A DNA stretch of 63,242 nt, the filler included, from an uncultured bacterium (lineage in GTDB: Bacteria > CAYJRR01), in the NCBI GenBank assembly GCA_964372275.1. It is 2 parts of 2 records of this genome, joined end to end, with 100 filler letters (N's around TTAATTAATTAA, not from the genome) between each part and the next. Parts side by side here need not be neighbours in the genome. Positions count along the whole stretch, not along the records: positions 1 to 31,898 come from CAYJRR010000049.1; 1 more part is not named here. One strand, 5' to 3'. Both the position numbers and the translations under genes were made by a program. This document shows positions 1 to 10,199 of the stretch, piece by piece (the stretch's first letter is position 1; each line of letters begins with the position of its first letter). Below the pieces are notes generated by a model, which searched no databases, was not told the DNA's origin, and saw nothing but the letters and a program-made list of their open reading frames with translations.

Positions 1-354
1 GTCGGTTTCCACCCCGCCCCGCGTCTGTTGTCGGGGGGGCTGGGGTTTCCCCGCGCGCGCGACCAGATGCCCTTCCTGCAGCGTGACCTTGTCACCGCGA
101 ACCGACTTGGCGCGGACCGTTCCGGCGATGATCACCTGCCCCTTCTTCGCCTCGACGGTGTCGATCGTCAGCTCGTTCGGGCTGCGCAGCTCGACCGTCC
201 CCTTCTCGGAGTAGATCTTCTTGAGCCGGTGGCCGATGTTCCCCCGGATGACCACGTCATCGCGGAAGCCGATCACCATGCCGTCCTCTTCCAGCTCGAA
301 GACGGCCCCTTCGGGGATCTCCAGGAGGGTTCGCGTAGGGGGGCGGGCCGACAC
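1..354 (-). CDS. Hypothetical protein, 3'-truncated by the window edge; possibly bactofilin/beta-helix-like
   Basis: Not in the ORF track. Manual translation from GTG at 354: MSARPPTRTLLEIPEGAVFELEEDGMVIGFRDDVVIRGNIGHRLKKIYSEKGTVELRSPNELTIDTVEAKKGQVIIAGTVRAKSVRGDKVTLQEG...; GC3-rich codons; VIxGxV-type repeats. Confidence 0.55.
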   Translation of the reverse strand, partial: MSARPPTRTLLEIPEGAVFELEEDGMVIGFRDDVVIRGNIGHRLKKIYSEKGTVELRSPNELTIDTVEAKKGQVIIAGTVRAKSVRGDKVTLQEGHLVARAGKPQPPRQQTRGGVETD

Positions 355-454
355 GAAGAATTCCCTAATCAGGATAACCGTTTCCGGCGCGCGGGGTCAA
401 ACTCGCGCCGCCGGCGTCGCTGCGATGGCCGGCCGGCCGTCGGCCGGCGGGCCG

Positions 455-1000
455 CTACTCCTGGCTCGTCCGCGCCCCCGAGTAGACGCCGTAGACGTTG
501 CAGCTCGGGGTGCCGTCGTCATCGACGTCGTAGCTCGCGACGATTCCGGTTTCGAGGTCGCTCTGCAGATTCGTGCCGACCACCGCCCCCCTCCCGGTGA
601 CGCGCAGCAGGCCGTCCGCGTCGGTCAGGTCCCCTTCAAACTCGAAGTTTCCCACGTCGTCGACGGCGCCGGCGACGACGTGGTCGGTGCCGAAGTCGAG
701 CTCGAGCAGCGTTCCGCGTTGGTCCACGATCAGGATCCCCTGCACCCAGTCCGGGTTCTCGTCCCCTTCGCAGGAACCGCCGACCTTGGCGTAGGTCAGG
801 ACGTAGGCGCCGTGGANNNNNNNNNNGGCGACGGCCGCCGGATGCGCGGCACGCAGCACGTCGAGAAACGAACGATCGGCCGCCGATCCCGACCAATCGT
901 TGTCGCCGCCGCCGCTCGAGCACCCGGCGAGGAGGGCCCACCCGCCGATCGCCGCGCATGCCGCGATCCGCGTCCATGCGGCCGGAATCGTTCGATTCAT
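455..1000 (-). CDS. Hypothetical lipoprotein (contains a 10-N gap at 817-826)
   Basis: Signal peptide with lipobox LLAG-C followed by an acidic, beta-rich mature domain. Confidence 0.65.
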   Translation of the reverse strand: MNRTIPAAWTRIAACAAIGGWALLAGCSSGGGDNDWSGSAADRSFLDVLRAAHPAAVAXXXXHGAYVLTYAKVGGSCEGDENPDWVQGILIVDQRGTLLELDFGTDHVVAGAVDDVGNFEFEGDLTDADGLLRVTGRGAVVGTNLQSDLETGIVASYDVDDDGTPSCNVYGVYSGARTSQE

Positions 1001-1047
1001 GGGCGCACTTTACCGGCCTACCGGCGCGGGAGACAATCGGGAGGTCC

Positions 1048-2661
1048 GTGAGCAAGCTCGTCCAGGAGTTTCTCGAGGGGATCCGGTCCGGGGGCGAGAC
1101 GCTCGCCGACTTCAAGCAGTCGATCCCGCGGTCGCGCGCCGTCTACGTCAACCGCAACTTGCGGATGCGCAACGAGAAGCTGATCGGCTTCGACATGGAC
1201 TACACGCTCGCGGAGTACGAGCGCGAAGCGTTCGAGGAGCTGGCGTTCGACATCACGGTCGAGAAGCTGATCGCCAAGCGCGGCTACCCGGAGGCGATCC
1301 GTTCGATCCGCTACAAGCCGGGGACCTACATCCGGGGTCTGGTCGTCGACAAGTCCCGCGGAAACCTGCTCAAGGTCGACGCCTTCCAGTACGTCACCCG
1401 CGGCTATCACGGCAAGACGATGCTGACCAAGGAGGAGCGCAAGCGGCTCTACGCCTCCTCCAAGATGAACCTCTCCGACGCGAACTTCGTCAGCGTCGAC
1501 ACCATGTTCTCGTTGCCGGAGGTCTACCTCTACTCGGAGCTGGTCGCCTTCTTCGATCGGGCCGTCGATCCGTCCTCCAAATCGCTGCGCGCCGTGGTGC
1601 CGGGCGAGCCGCCGCCGATGGCGCCGGTCGACGTCAGCGTCGTGGCGGCGGCCGGAGGCACCGTCGATTACGGCAAGCTGTTCGACGACCTTCGCGCCAT
1701 GCTGGACGAGGCGCACGCCGACAACTCGCTCAAGAGCGTCGTGGTCGAGAATCTGCCGCGCTACGTGAAACGCGACCCGAAGCTGGCGATCACGCTCTAC
1801 ACGCTGCGGGTGAACGGGAAGCGCCTGTTCCTGCTCACCAACAGCGAATGGCGCTACACCGACAGCGTGATGAGCTACCTCCTCGACGGGGAGCTACCCG
1901 AGCTTCCGCGCTGGCGCGACTACTTCGACATCGTCATCTGCTCCTCGAAGAAGCCGACCTGGTTCTCCTCTCGCACGACGCCGTTCCTGCGCATCGAGGA
2001 CGAACGGGTCGAGACGACCGTGGAGGCGACGGAGTCGAGCTTCCTCCCCGGCCGGGTCTACGAGCGAGGCAACCTGGTCGATTTCGAGCGGATGGCGGGC
2101 AGCCGCGGCGACGAGATTTTCTACGTCGGCGATCACATCTACGGCGACATCCTCCGGTCGAAGAAGGATTCGCTGTGGCGCACCTGCATGATCGTCTCCG
2201 AGCTGGAGGAGGAGCTGGCAAAGACCGAGGCGCTGGCCCCCAAGATCGAGAAGCTGGAGAAGCTCAAGAAGGAGAAGCACACGCTCGACTTGAAAGAGGC
2301 CGCGTGCCTGGAGCGCATCAACAAGCTGCGCGAGTTCAAGCTCCACAACTTCGACCAGCTCAGCAAGCTCGACCTGAAGACCCTCGACGACGAGATCAAC
2401 CGCGGCCTGGAGTACGTGGGGAAGATCGGTAACAACCTGACCGACATCCTGGTGAAGCTGAACAAGCTGGAGGCGGCGATCGACGCCGCCTACAACCCGA
2501 TGTGGGGGGAGCTGTTCCGAGAGGGGACGGAAAACACCCGTTTCGCCGACCAGATCAAGGACTACGCCTGCCTCTACACCAGCCGGGTCTCGAACTTCCT
2601 GAGCTACAGCCCGACCAAGTACTTCCAGAGCCCCAAGGAGATGATGCCCCACGAACTGTAA
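1048..2661 (+). CDS. HAD-IG family 5'-nucleotidase (cN-II-like)
   Basis: IGFDMDYTL motif I, LLTNS, KKP and YVGDHIYGD motifs; GTG start at 1048 after GGGAGG. Confidence 0.93.
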   Translation: MSKLVQEFLEGIRSGGETLADFKQSIPRSRAVYVNRNLRMRNEKLIGFDMDYTLAEYEREAFEELAFDITVEKLIAKRGYPEAIRSIRYKPGTYIRGLVVDKSRGNLLKVDAFQYVTRGYHGKTMLTKEERKRLYASSKMNLSDANFVSVDTMFSLPEVYLYSELVAFFDRAVDPSSKSLRAVVPGEPPPMAPVDVSVVAAAGGTVDYGKLFDDLRAMLDEAHADNSLKSVVVENLPRYVKRDPKLAITLYTLRVNGKRLFLLTNSEWRYTDSVMSYLLDGELPELPRWRDYFDIVICSSKKPTWFSSRTTPFLRIEDERVETTVEATESSFLPGRVYERGNLVDFERMAGSRGDEIFYVGDHIYGDILRSKKDSLWRTCMIVSELEEELAKTEALAPKIEKLEKLKKEKHTLDLKEAACLERINKLREFKLHNFDQLSKLDLKTLDDEINRGLEYVGKIGNNLTDILVKLNKLEAAIDAAYNPMWGELFREGTENTRFADQIKDYACLYTSRVSNFLSYSPTKYFQSPKEMMPHEL

Positions 2662-2703
2662 CGGGGGGTCCGTCGGTTCCCGCGCGTCGATGCCGCCGGG
2701 CGA

Positions 2704-5571
2704 TCAGTTCACGGCGGCGGACTTGGTCTCGACGTTCGGCTTGGCGTCACTTCCCTTTCGCCAGTCGACCGTCTCGATCGGGATCGACATCTTCTCCAAC
2801 TCGGGTTGGAGCGCCTTCTGCGGGCCGATGACCGTCACCACTTCGTGGCCGGCGCATGGCTCGAGCAGGTCGGCGAGGTCGGGCAGGGTGACCGCGGCGA
2901 GTCTCTTGGGATAGCCGTCCAGGTCGTTCAGGGGCCGGCCGTCCCGAACGAGCGACAGGAGCGTCATCGACATTTCGTCGATCGACTGGTTCTCGGTGCG
3001 GGACGCCGCGGCGACCGACCACTTGGCTTCGTTGAGTTTGGCGGCTTCGACCTTGCCGGCGCGCACCTCCCGGATGCGATCGAGGATCGTCCGCAGCGCC
3101 GGGGGTGTCTTGTCGTTCTGCACCTGCGAGCCGATCGTCAGCAGGGAGGTGCCGCCGCTGTAGTAGCTGGCTCCGACCCCCACGCCATAGCTCGCTCCGG
3201 CTCGTTCGCGGATCGCCGACCACAGGTCTTCACGCAACAGGCCGGTGAGGACGTCGCGGGCCGCGTCGTTGGTCGGGGTCGCGGGCCGAAGGTGACAGGC
3301 GACGACGACGCCGGACTGGGTTGCCTCGGGATCGTCGAGCAGGGCGATCTGGCGTGCGGGCCGGCTCGGTGGCGGCGGCAGGCCCGCCACCGGGCTTCCC
3401 GGATCGGTGGTGCGCCACGGGGAGAAGGTCTGCCGGACCAGGCGTTCGGCTTCACCGTAGTCCACGTCCCCGACCACGAGCAACGTGGCGTTCTTCGGCG
3501 CCAAGGTGCGAGCGAGCCACCGGTCGTAGTCGGCCGCGGTCAGCTTTCCGATCGCCTCGAAGTCGTGCTGCACGTGCGCGAGCGGGTGCCCGGGAAGCAG
3601 CAGGTTCATCCGCGCGCGGCGCGCCCAGATGTCGGGTCGCTTCTCCTCGACCTTGCGCCGACGTTTGAGCGCCTCCACCGCCTTGTCGAACCGGCGGCGC
3701 GACCAGTGGCTCTTCGTCGTCGTGACCTGGTCGGCGACGAGGTCGAGCGCGGCGTGCAGATTCCCCGAGGGCGCGTCGACTCCCGTCACCGACCCGTCGG
3801 AGTACGACCATCCGGTCCAGGCGGCGGCGATTTGCCCCGGGTCCTTGGCGTCGAAGTCCTCGAAGGCGAACCGCGGAAATCCCCACGGCTCGGCGGTCGC
3901 CTCGGCCCCACCGGTGTAGAGCGCGACCTGGACGAAGGGGGCCGATCCGTGGCGCTTCATCAACACCTTCAGGCCGTTTTCCAGCGTCAGTTCGCGGATC
4001 GCCCTGGAGTCGGGTGCGATCGCCAGCGCCTCGACCTGTGCCGGGGTCAGGCGTGTGAAGTCGGCCACCCCCTTGCCGGTGCCGAAGCTCGCACCGGCCC
4101 ACCCGGAGCCCTGGTCGAACGCGATCGTCGCCGCAGGCTTCTCCTTCTGGTCGTAGGGTTCGACCACCAGGCGAACCGCACGCTCGCGGCGGAGATACTT
4201 GAAGGCCAGCTCGCGCGAATCGTAGGAGGTGATCGCCGAGACGTCGCGCATGTTGCTGGAGAACATGTCGGGACGTCCGGTGAAGTGCATGTAGTGCGCG
4301 ATCTCGACGGCGCGCCAGAGCGAGGCCGACTGCCGGAACAGCTCGGCGAGCCATCCCGCCTTGGCGATGGCGAACTGCTTCCGCTGACCCGGCAACTTGA
4401 CGGCATCCTCGCCGATCGAGAACTCCATCTCCTCGTTGTCGGAGTTCCACAGCTCCCAGAGGCCATCGAGCGCCTTGTCGGCGATCTTCTCCGGCTCTTG
4501 CCCCTCGACCAGCTCGATGAAGCAATAGACGGTCGAGGCCACTCGGCTGGTGTCGGCCCCGCACCCCAGGCCTTCGATCTTCCGATCGTCTTCATGCTCC
4601 GTCTCGGGATAGAGCATGCTGCCGATCGCACCCGACATGCTCGAGGCCGTGATCTGGATCAACGGCTCGTTCGAACGGTAACCCCCGGGCAGCGACCATG
4701 CGAGCACGACCACGGGATTGGTCACCGGCCCTTTCAGCTTCTTGAACGTCCGGTCGGCGGGCGGAGGCGGTTCCGGCGAGGGGCCCTGGATCCGGGGCGT
4801 CCGCTCCGGCTTGAGCGCAATCTTGCCGTCGGCCGGATCGGCGAGGAGCGACGCCGGGAAGGCCTTCGGGATGAGCTGCTTCGCCTGCGCGCGGTCGAAA
4901 TCGCCCGCGACCACGATCGTCACGTTCTCCGGGCGGTACCACTTGTTCACGAAGGCCTGGATGTCGGCCATCGTGATGTTGGCCAGCGATTCGTGGCTGC
5001 CGATCACGCTACGGTGATAGACGTGTCCCTCCGGGTAGACCATCTCGCTGGCCAGCTCGTATGCCTTCCCGACGTCGTTCTCGATGCGGAGGCGCAGTTC
5101 GTTGCGCACCACCTCCCGCTCGATCTTGAGATCCTCTTCGGTCACCCCCGCCAGCGGATCGATCATCCGCTTGGCTTCGATCTCCAAGAGCGGGAGCAGA
5201 GCGTCCTTGGGGGCGAGCGTGAAGTAGTCGGTCCAATCCTGCGTCGTCGAGGCGTTGAAGACGCCACCGAGCTGTTTGACCTGGTCCATCACCTTCGGAT
5301 TCGATCCGTGGACGGCGCGGAAGCAGAGATGCTCGATCAGGTGGGCCATCCCCTCCTTGCCGGGGGGCTCGGCGGACGATCCGACGTCGACGATCGATGC
5401 CACCAGCACCGACGGCTGGCTGTGGTCCTCCTGGAAGAGGATGCGCAGCCCGGAAGCGAAGGGAAAGTCGACCGCGTCGAGCTGGTAGGGCTTCAGCTTC
5501 AGGACGTAGGAGGGCCCTACGCAACCCGCCCCGATGGCGAGGAGCAGTGCGGCGAGGCGGCAGCGGCGCAT
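2704..5571 (-). CDS. M16 family zinc peptidase, four-domain, lipoprotein
   Basis: HLIEH inverted zinc motif, NAST, EREVV; lipobox IGAG-C. Confidence 0.9.
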   Translation of the reverse strand: MRRCRLAALLLAIGAGCVGPSYVLKLKPYQLDAVDFPFASGLRILFQEDHSQPSVLVASIVDVGSSAEPPGKEGMAHLIEHLCFRAVHGSNPKVMDQVKQLGGVFNASTTQDWTDYFTLAPKDALLPLLEIEAKRMIDPLAGVTEEDLKIEREVVRNELRLRIENDVGKAYELASEMVYPEGHVYHRSVIGSHESLANITMADIQAFVNKWYRPENVTIVVAGDFDRAQAKQLIPKAFPASLLADPADGKIALKPERTPRIQGPSPEPPPPADRTFKKLKGPVTNPVVVLAWSLPGGYRSNEPLIQITASSMSGAIGSMLYPETEHEDDRKIEGLGCGADTSRVASTVYCFIELVEGQEPEKIADKALDGLWELWNSDNEEMEFSIGEDAVKLPGQRKQFAIAKAGWLAELFRQSASLWRAVEIAHYMHFTGRPDMFSSNMRDVSAITSYDSRELAFKYLRRERAVRLVVEPYDQKEKPAATIAFDQGSGWAGASFGTGKGVADFTRLTPAQVEALAIAPDSRAIRELTLENGLKVLMKRHGSAPFVQVALYTGGAEATAEPWGFPRFAFEDFDAKDPGQIAAAWTGWSYSDGSVTGVDAPSGNLHAALDLVADQVTTTKSHWSRRRFDKAVEALKRRRKVEEKRPDIWARRARMNLLLPGHPLAHVQHDFEAIGKLTAADYDRWLARTLAPKNATLLVVGDVDYGEAERLVRQTFSPWRTTDPGSPVAGLPPPPSRPARQIALLDDPEATQSGVVVACHLRPATPTNDAARDVLTGLLREDLWSAIRERAGASYGVGVGASYYSGGTSLLTIGSQVQNDKTPPALRTILDRIREVRAGKVEAAKLNEAKWSVAAASRTENQSIDEMSMTLLSLVRDGRPLNDLDGYPKRLAAVTLPDLADLLEPCAGHEVVTVIGPQKALQPELEKMSIPIETVDWRKGSDAKPNVETKSAAVN

Positions 5572-5582
5572 GGGGCCTCCTA

Positions 5583-6239
5583 CTACTCTTCCGGGTTGTC
5601 CAGGTCGAGCGTGTCCTCGTCGACGGTCGGGCAGCCGCCGTTCAGGACCTCGAGCGCGACGACGAGCTCGTCGTCGTCAACCGGCACGGAAAAGGTCTCG
5701 GCGAGAAGGATGTAGGGCGTGCCCGCCACCGTCTCGATGGCGCAGTTTTCCGGGCTGCCCGAGCCGGCGTGCGCCCCCGGAAGGCCGTTGATGTCGAACT
5801 GGAGGCAGAGGTTTTGGTCGAGGGTGTGCGGGACGCCGAGCGAATCGACGTAGTCCCCGCGGAACTCTCCGATCGAGATCCCCGGCTGACCCGTGTAGTC
5901 CGCCGCCCGTCCGACGAACAGATCGCTGTCGCCGTCGTCGGCGTAGCTGAGGGTGTCGAACTGGTTCTCGGGGTCGAGGATGACGCACATCGGACCGCCG
6001 GTCCCCAGGAAGGTCGCCGTGGCGCCGCCGCGCTCGCCGTCCCCCTTGTTGGGGCCGGAAAGCGTCACCGTCATCTGACCTGCCGTCCCGATGACGAACG
6101 TGCCGGTGTCGTCCAGGTCGACGATGCGCGGCGCGTCGCCACGGTTGGCCTGCCGGACGCCGTCGGGCATCGGATCGATGCAGCCCGCGGCCGCGGCGGC
6201 CGCGAGAAGGAACAGCAGGGAGGTCTTGCCGGACATCAT
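5583..6239 (-). CDS. Hypothetical acidic lipoprotein
   Basis: ATG at 6239 overlaps the upstream stop (ATGA); MMSGKTSLLFLLAAAAAAG-C lipobox. Confidence 0.75.
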   Translation of the reverse strand: MMSGKTSLLFLLAAAAAAGCIDPMPDGVRQANRGDAPRIVDLDDTGTFVIGTAGQMTVTLSGPNKGDGERGGATATFLGTGGPMCVILDPENQFDTLSYADDGDSDLFVGRAADYTGQPGISIGEFRGDYVDSLGVPHTLDQNLCLQFDINGLPGAHAGSGSPENCAIETVAGTPYILLAETFSVPVDDDELVVALEVLNGGCPTVDEDTLDLDNPEE

Positions 6240-7126
6240 TCCACCACCGTGTCGAGGGTGATCGTGACCGCGCCCAGGTCGTTCAGGATCGCTTCGGTCC
6301 CGACCACGATGTCGCCGGGACCGATGTAGGTCCCGGGAAAGTTGAGAACGTCGTTGAACTGAGTGCCGTAGTAGATCTCGGTGTCCCGGGTGATTCGCGC
6401 CGGGCGGGAGCCGTCGACCTCCGGCGCGCGGCCGTACCCGCCCAGGTCGAGCACCACCAGCGTGTCGGTCTCGTCGTCGAGCTCGTCCACGCTGTAGACG
6501 CGCTCCGCCTCGTCGATCAGCTCCCATTTTTCTCCGGCCGTCTCCGACGGGAAGTCGGAAAGGTCGGTCTCGGCCAGGGTGACGACGTACTGGTCCGGGC
6601 CGTCGTCCGTGACGTCGGCGAGGTCGACGTTCACCGAGTAGAAGTCGTAGAAGCCGTCCTCGGAATTGCAGCTGGTGAAGTCCTGGTCGGCGAAAGCCCA
6701 GACCGCCGCCCCCTCGTAGAAGGGGAACTGGAGGATGTCGAACTCGATCTCCCATGCGTCGTCGGTCTCGACGACCGTCCGGTCGCTCACCACTTCGCAG
6801 ACCTCGCGCGCGTCGCGCGTGGTGAAGGTGCCGACGCTCGTGCCGCCGTAGGGAAAGGTGTCGGCGCCGGCGCTGGAAGACGAGGGGGCCGCTTCGGGGG
6901 ACGGGTATCCCAGGTGGGAGTCGACTCCGGCGTAGACACCGACGTAGATCATTCCGATCCCCTCGGAGGAGCTGACGACCGCCTTGGGGATCCGCACCGT
7001 TCCGTGGACGTTTTCGGCGTTGACCCCCTCGTCGAACTCGCTGCATCCGGCGAGGAGGCCGAGCAGGATCAGACCGGCGAGGGGAAGCCTTCGATTCGAG
7101 TGCGCGTGTCGCATGAGGTCTTTCAC
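6236..7126 (-). CDS. Hypothetical acidic lipoprotein (start 7126 or 7114)
   Basis: Lipobox LLAG-C; directly downstream of the TonB-dependent receptor. Confidence 0.75.
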   Translation of the reverse strand: MKDLMRHAHSNRRLPLAGLILLGLLAGCSEFDEGVNAENVHGTVRIPKAVVSSSEGIGMIYVGVYAGVDSHLGYPSPEAAPSSSSAGADTFPYGGTSVGTFTTRDAREVCEVVSDRTVVETDDAWEIEFDILQFPFYEGAAVWAFADQDFTSCNSEDGFYDFYSVNVDLADVTDDGPDQYVVTLAETDLSDFPSETAGEKWELIDEAERVYSVDELDDETDTLVVLDLGGYGRAPEVDGSRPARITRDTEIYYGTQFNDVLNFPGTYIGPGDIVVGTEAILNDLGAVTITLDTVVE

Positions 7127-7142
7127 GAGGTGAAGAGGGACC

Positions 7143-9956
7143 CTAGAACTCGTAACGGGCGCCGAGCCGGAACGCCATCGGGGAGAACCGTCCGGCCGGG
7201 TACTTCAGGTTTCGCTCGTCGAGCGGGAACTGCTGGTAGGCGAAGATCTGGCGGTTGTTGAGCACGTTGAGCACCGTGAACTCCCCGCGCACCTTGCCCC
7301 AGGCGCCCGGGAGCTTCGGCCCGTACATGAACTTCAGGTCCCACAGGGGCGCGCCGGCGATCTGGCGCCCGACCAGGCGGGAATCGGTGCGGTTCTGGTA
7401 TCCGCCGTAGAAATCGTTCCAGACGTATCGCTCGTAGCGCACGCCGGAGAGGTAGTTGAGCGTGCTGCCGACCGTCAGACCGAAGTTGAAGTCGTAGGCG
7501 GCCGAGAGACGCACGACATGGGTGCGATCGTTGGCGAGGTACCCGTAGTCGTACTGGTTGAGCGGAGCGATGTCGAACGCGGCGGTGTACTGGTCCTCCG
7601 TCGTGCCGGTCGAACGGCTCCACGTGTAGGAGCCGAGGATCTCGAGCTGGTCGGCGAAGCGGCGACGGATCGTGAACTCGGTGTTTTGGTAGAAACGCCG
7701 GGCCCGCCGCGGCGTGCGGATGCGGAATCGGGTGTCGATCACCCCCATCCGGTTGCCGATCACCTGGCTGCCGTCGGCGTTCCAGATCAGGTTCGCGTCG
7801 TCGTCCTCGAACAGGTGGCGCGTCCAGCGGCCGTTCCAAGTCAAGCCCACGGCGATGCCGTACTTCACGTCGCGCTCGGCGCCGAGCCGGAGCGCGTCCA
7901 GACGGGGCGCGGTGACGCGGTCGGCGCGGACGGTGGGCGACTCCCCGTTGGTTCCGAAGTAGAGGTTCCCCGCGCCGTTCGAATTGCGGTCGAAGTAGTC
8001 TCCGAGGAACAGCTTCGTTCCGCGGCCGTGCCGATCGAGGAACCCGGATTGCGACAACTTCCCGGGGTCGATGAAGCGCCCGTAGCCGCCGCGGATGACC
8101 GTCTTCCCGTCGCCGGTGACGTCGTAGGCGGCGTAGAGGCGCGGACTGACGGTGAAGAACCCGATCACCTCCTTGCCGGTGTCGTTGGCCAGGCTGGTGC
8201 GGTCGAAGCGGAACCCGCCGCGCACGGTCAGCCGGTTCTGGAAAAAGTCCGGCTTCCAGGCGTCCTGCACGTAGAACGCCGCTTCGAGCCCCCTCCCGCG
8301 CGTCTCCAGGGGACCGGTGCTCTCGATGTAGTAGTACTCCTTGATCGGCGAGGTCGGATCCCCCTGATCCTCCGGGATGTCGATGAAGACGGTGTTCCCG
8401 GTGTACCCCGACAGAATGTGCTCGTTCAGGCGCGCGAGCTCGAGCCCGACGCCGATCTCGTGGCTTCCGAGCGCGTTGTCGAGGTAGTAGGTCGCCTTGG
8501 GGGTGAAGCTCAGGCGGCTGCGGCGGTTGAACGAATAGAAGAAGAAGTTGTCGCTCGAATCGGCGCCGCCGACCCCGATGCGTCCGGGGGTGACCAGGTC
8601 GCCGTAGATGTCGTCCCCGGAGAGCCACGGCCCGAACGACTCGAAGCCGTCCCGCCCCTCGCCGATCGGACTGACGTCGATCGACTGGGTCTTGAGGTTC
8701 AAACCGTTTCGGAGGACGAGGCGATCGGTCGCGAACCAGAGCCACTCGGTGGCGAGCAGCCATCCCCCTTGGTACTGCTGCCCCTCCGCCTCGTTCGGCA
8801 CGTAGGGGCTCTGCTCGATCCGCGTGATCAGCGTCGGATCGGTCTGGAAGGAGAACTGCAGCTTGTGCCGCGGCACCGGCTGGTAGGTGATCTTCCCCTG
8901 GAAGTAGTTGCCGGTGAAGTTGCGTGGACCGGCCGCCTGGTAGGCCTTCGACAGCGATTGCGCGAATTGGTAGGAGCCGAAGAACCAGACCTTGTCGCGG
9001 ACGATCGGACCGCCGAGCCAGGCGTTGTAGGCGTAGTCGATGTCCTTGGTGCCACGCTCCGAGAACTCGATCACGTCCTCGCAGTGCTCCTGGTCGGCGA
9101 GGTCGTCGCCCACCGGCGTGTAGTTGTCCTCGTACTTGGCGCAGCGGTGCTTCCGTCGCTTGATCCCCGGGAAGACGCCGCCGAGGATCGCCTCCGGCGT
9201 GACGTTGTCGCTGTAGTCGGTGGAGAGACCGCCGTGGAAGTCGTTGCCGCCCGACTTGGTGACGACGTTGATAATCCCGCCCAGCGCCTGGTGCTCCGGG
9301 TCGAAGCCGCCGGTCAATACTTCCACCTGCTCGATCGACTCGAAGTTGAAGTTCGCCGAGAAGGTGTTGGTGACCGGGTCGGTGATGTTGACGCCGTCGA
9401 CCAGGAACTGGTTCTCGTTCGACGCCGCGCCGAGCACGTTCGAGTTCCCGGAGCCGATGACCCCGGGGACCATGCGCGCCACCGAAAGATAGTCCTGCGC
9501 CACCGGAAGCTTGGTGAGGAAGTCCTTGTTCACGACCTCGCCGCCCTGGGTCTGGGTGACGTCGATCGTCGGGCGCGTATCGGTGATCGTGATCTCCTGC
9601 CCGGCCGCCTCGGGGGGCTGGAGCGTCAGATCGAGCGGGGTGGTTCGGTCGAGATTGATGACGATCCCCTTCACCGGTCGGGCGACGAAGCCGGTCGCCT
9701 CGAAGGTGGCGGTGTAGGTGCCGGGCGGGACCTCGACGAAACGGAAGCGACCCTTGTCGTCGGTCTTCTCGACGCGCTTGCCGATCATCGTCGGACCTTC
9801 GAGGGTCACGACGACGCCCGGGATCGGGCCACCTTCAGGGCCGGTGACCTGCCCGGCAAGTCCGCCGGTCTGGACGGCGGCGGTGGCGGGGAGCGAGACG
9901 AGGCTGGACGCGAGGGCGCCCACCAAAAGCAGTCGGGGAAGGAGGCGTCTCTTCAT
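7143..9956 (-). CDS. TonB-dependent receptor (Oar-like, N-terminal carboxypeptidase-regulatory-like domain)
   Basis: Signal peptide; GQVTGPEGGPIPG...GTYTATF domain; plug (VDGVNITDP, TGGFDPE, GGIINVVTKSG); C-terminal beta-signal GARYEF. Confidence 0.92.
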   Translation of the reverse strand: MKRRLLPRLLLVGALASSLVSLPATAAVQTGGLAGQVTGPEGGPIPGVVVTLEGPTMIGKRVEKTDDKGRFRFVEVPPGTYTATFEATGFVARPVKGIVINLDRTTPLDLTLQPPEAAGQEITITDTRPTIDVTQTQGGEVVNKDFLTKLPVAQDYLSVARMVPGVIGSGNSNVLGAASNENQFLVDGVNITDPVTNTFSANFNFESIEQVEVLTGGFDPEHQALGGIINVVTKSGGNDFHGGLSTDYSDNVTPEAILGGVFPGIKRRKHRCAKYEDNYTPVGDDLADQEHCEDVIEFSERGTKDIDYAYNAWLGGPIVRDKVWFFGSYQFAQSLSKAYQAAGPRNFTGNYFQGKITYQPVPRHKLQFSFQTDPTLITRIEQSPYVPNEAEGQQYQGGWLLATEWLWFATDRLVLRNGLNLKTQSIDVSPIGEGRDGFESFGPWLSGDDIYGDLVTPGRIGVGGADSSDNFFFYSFNRRSRLSFTPKATYYLDNALGSHEIGVGLELARLNEHILSGYTGNTVFIDIPEDQGDPTSPIKEYYYIESTGPLETRGRGLEAAFYVQDAWKPDFFQNRLTVRGGFRFDRTSLANDTGKEVIGFFTVSPRLYAAYDVTGDGKTVIRGGYGRFIDPGKLSQSGFLDRHGRGTKLFLGDYFDRNSNGAGNLYFGTNGESPTVRADRVTAPRLDALRLGAERDVKYGIAVGLTWNGRWTRHLFEDDDANLIWNADGSQVIGNRMGVIDTRFRIRTPRRARRFYQNTEFTIRRRFADQLEILGSYTWSRSTGTTEDQYTAAFDIAPLNQYDYGYLANDRTHVVRLSAAYDFNFGLTVGSTLNYLSGVRYERYVWNDFYGGYQNRTDSRLVGRQIAGAPLWDLKFMYGPKLPGAWGKVRGEFTVLNVLNNRQIFAYQQFPLDERNLKYPAGRFSPMAFRLGARYEF

Positions 9957-10199
9957 GAGATCGTTTTCGTCTTTCGCGTGCGTAGTCGCGGACAGTGGAC
10001 CGACGGCAAGGGCGGCGTTCTAGCGTGGAGAAAAGTGGAGCGTCAAGATCGAAACGCCGCCGGAAACCATGTGAAGTGACTTCGGGGCGCCTAGTAACTC
10101 CGCCGCGGCGCATGCCGCGCTCGCCACGGATTGACGGCCGCTGCACGTTGCTTGTAGGGTGCCGCCTCTCGAAAGCGTTTCCACAGGAGGCCGTCGATC

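Noticed and set aside
817-826. Apparent disruption of the lipoprotein gene
   Set aside because: Ten-N scaffold gap; true length and frame are unknown, so there is no evidence of a pseudogene.
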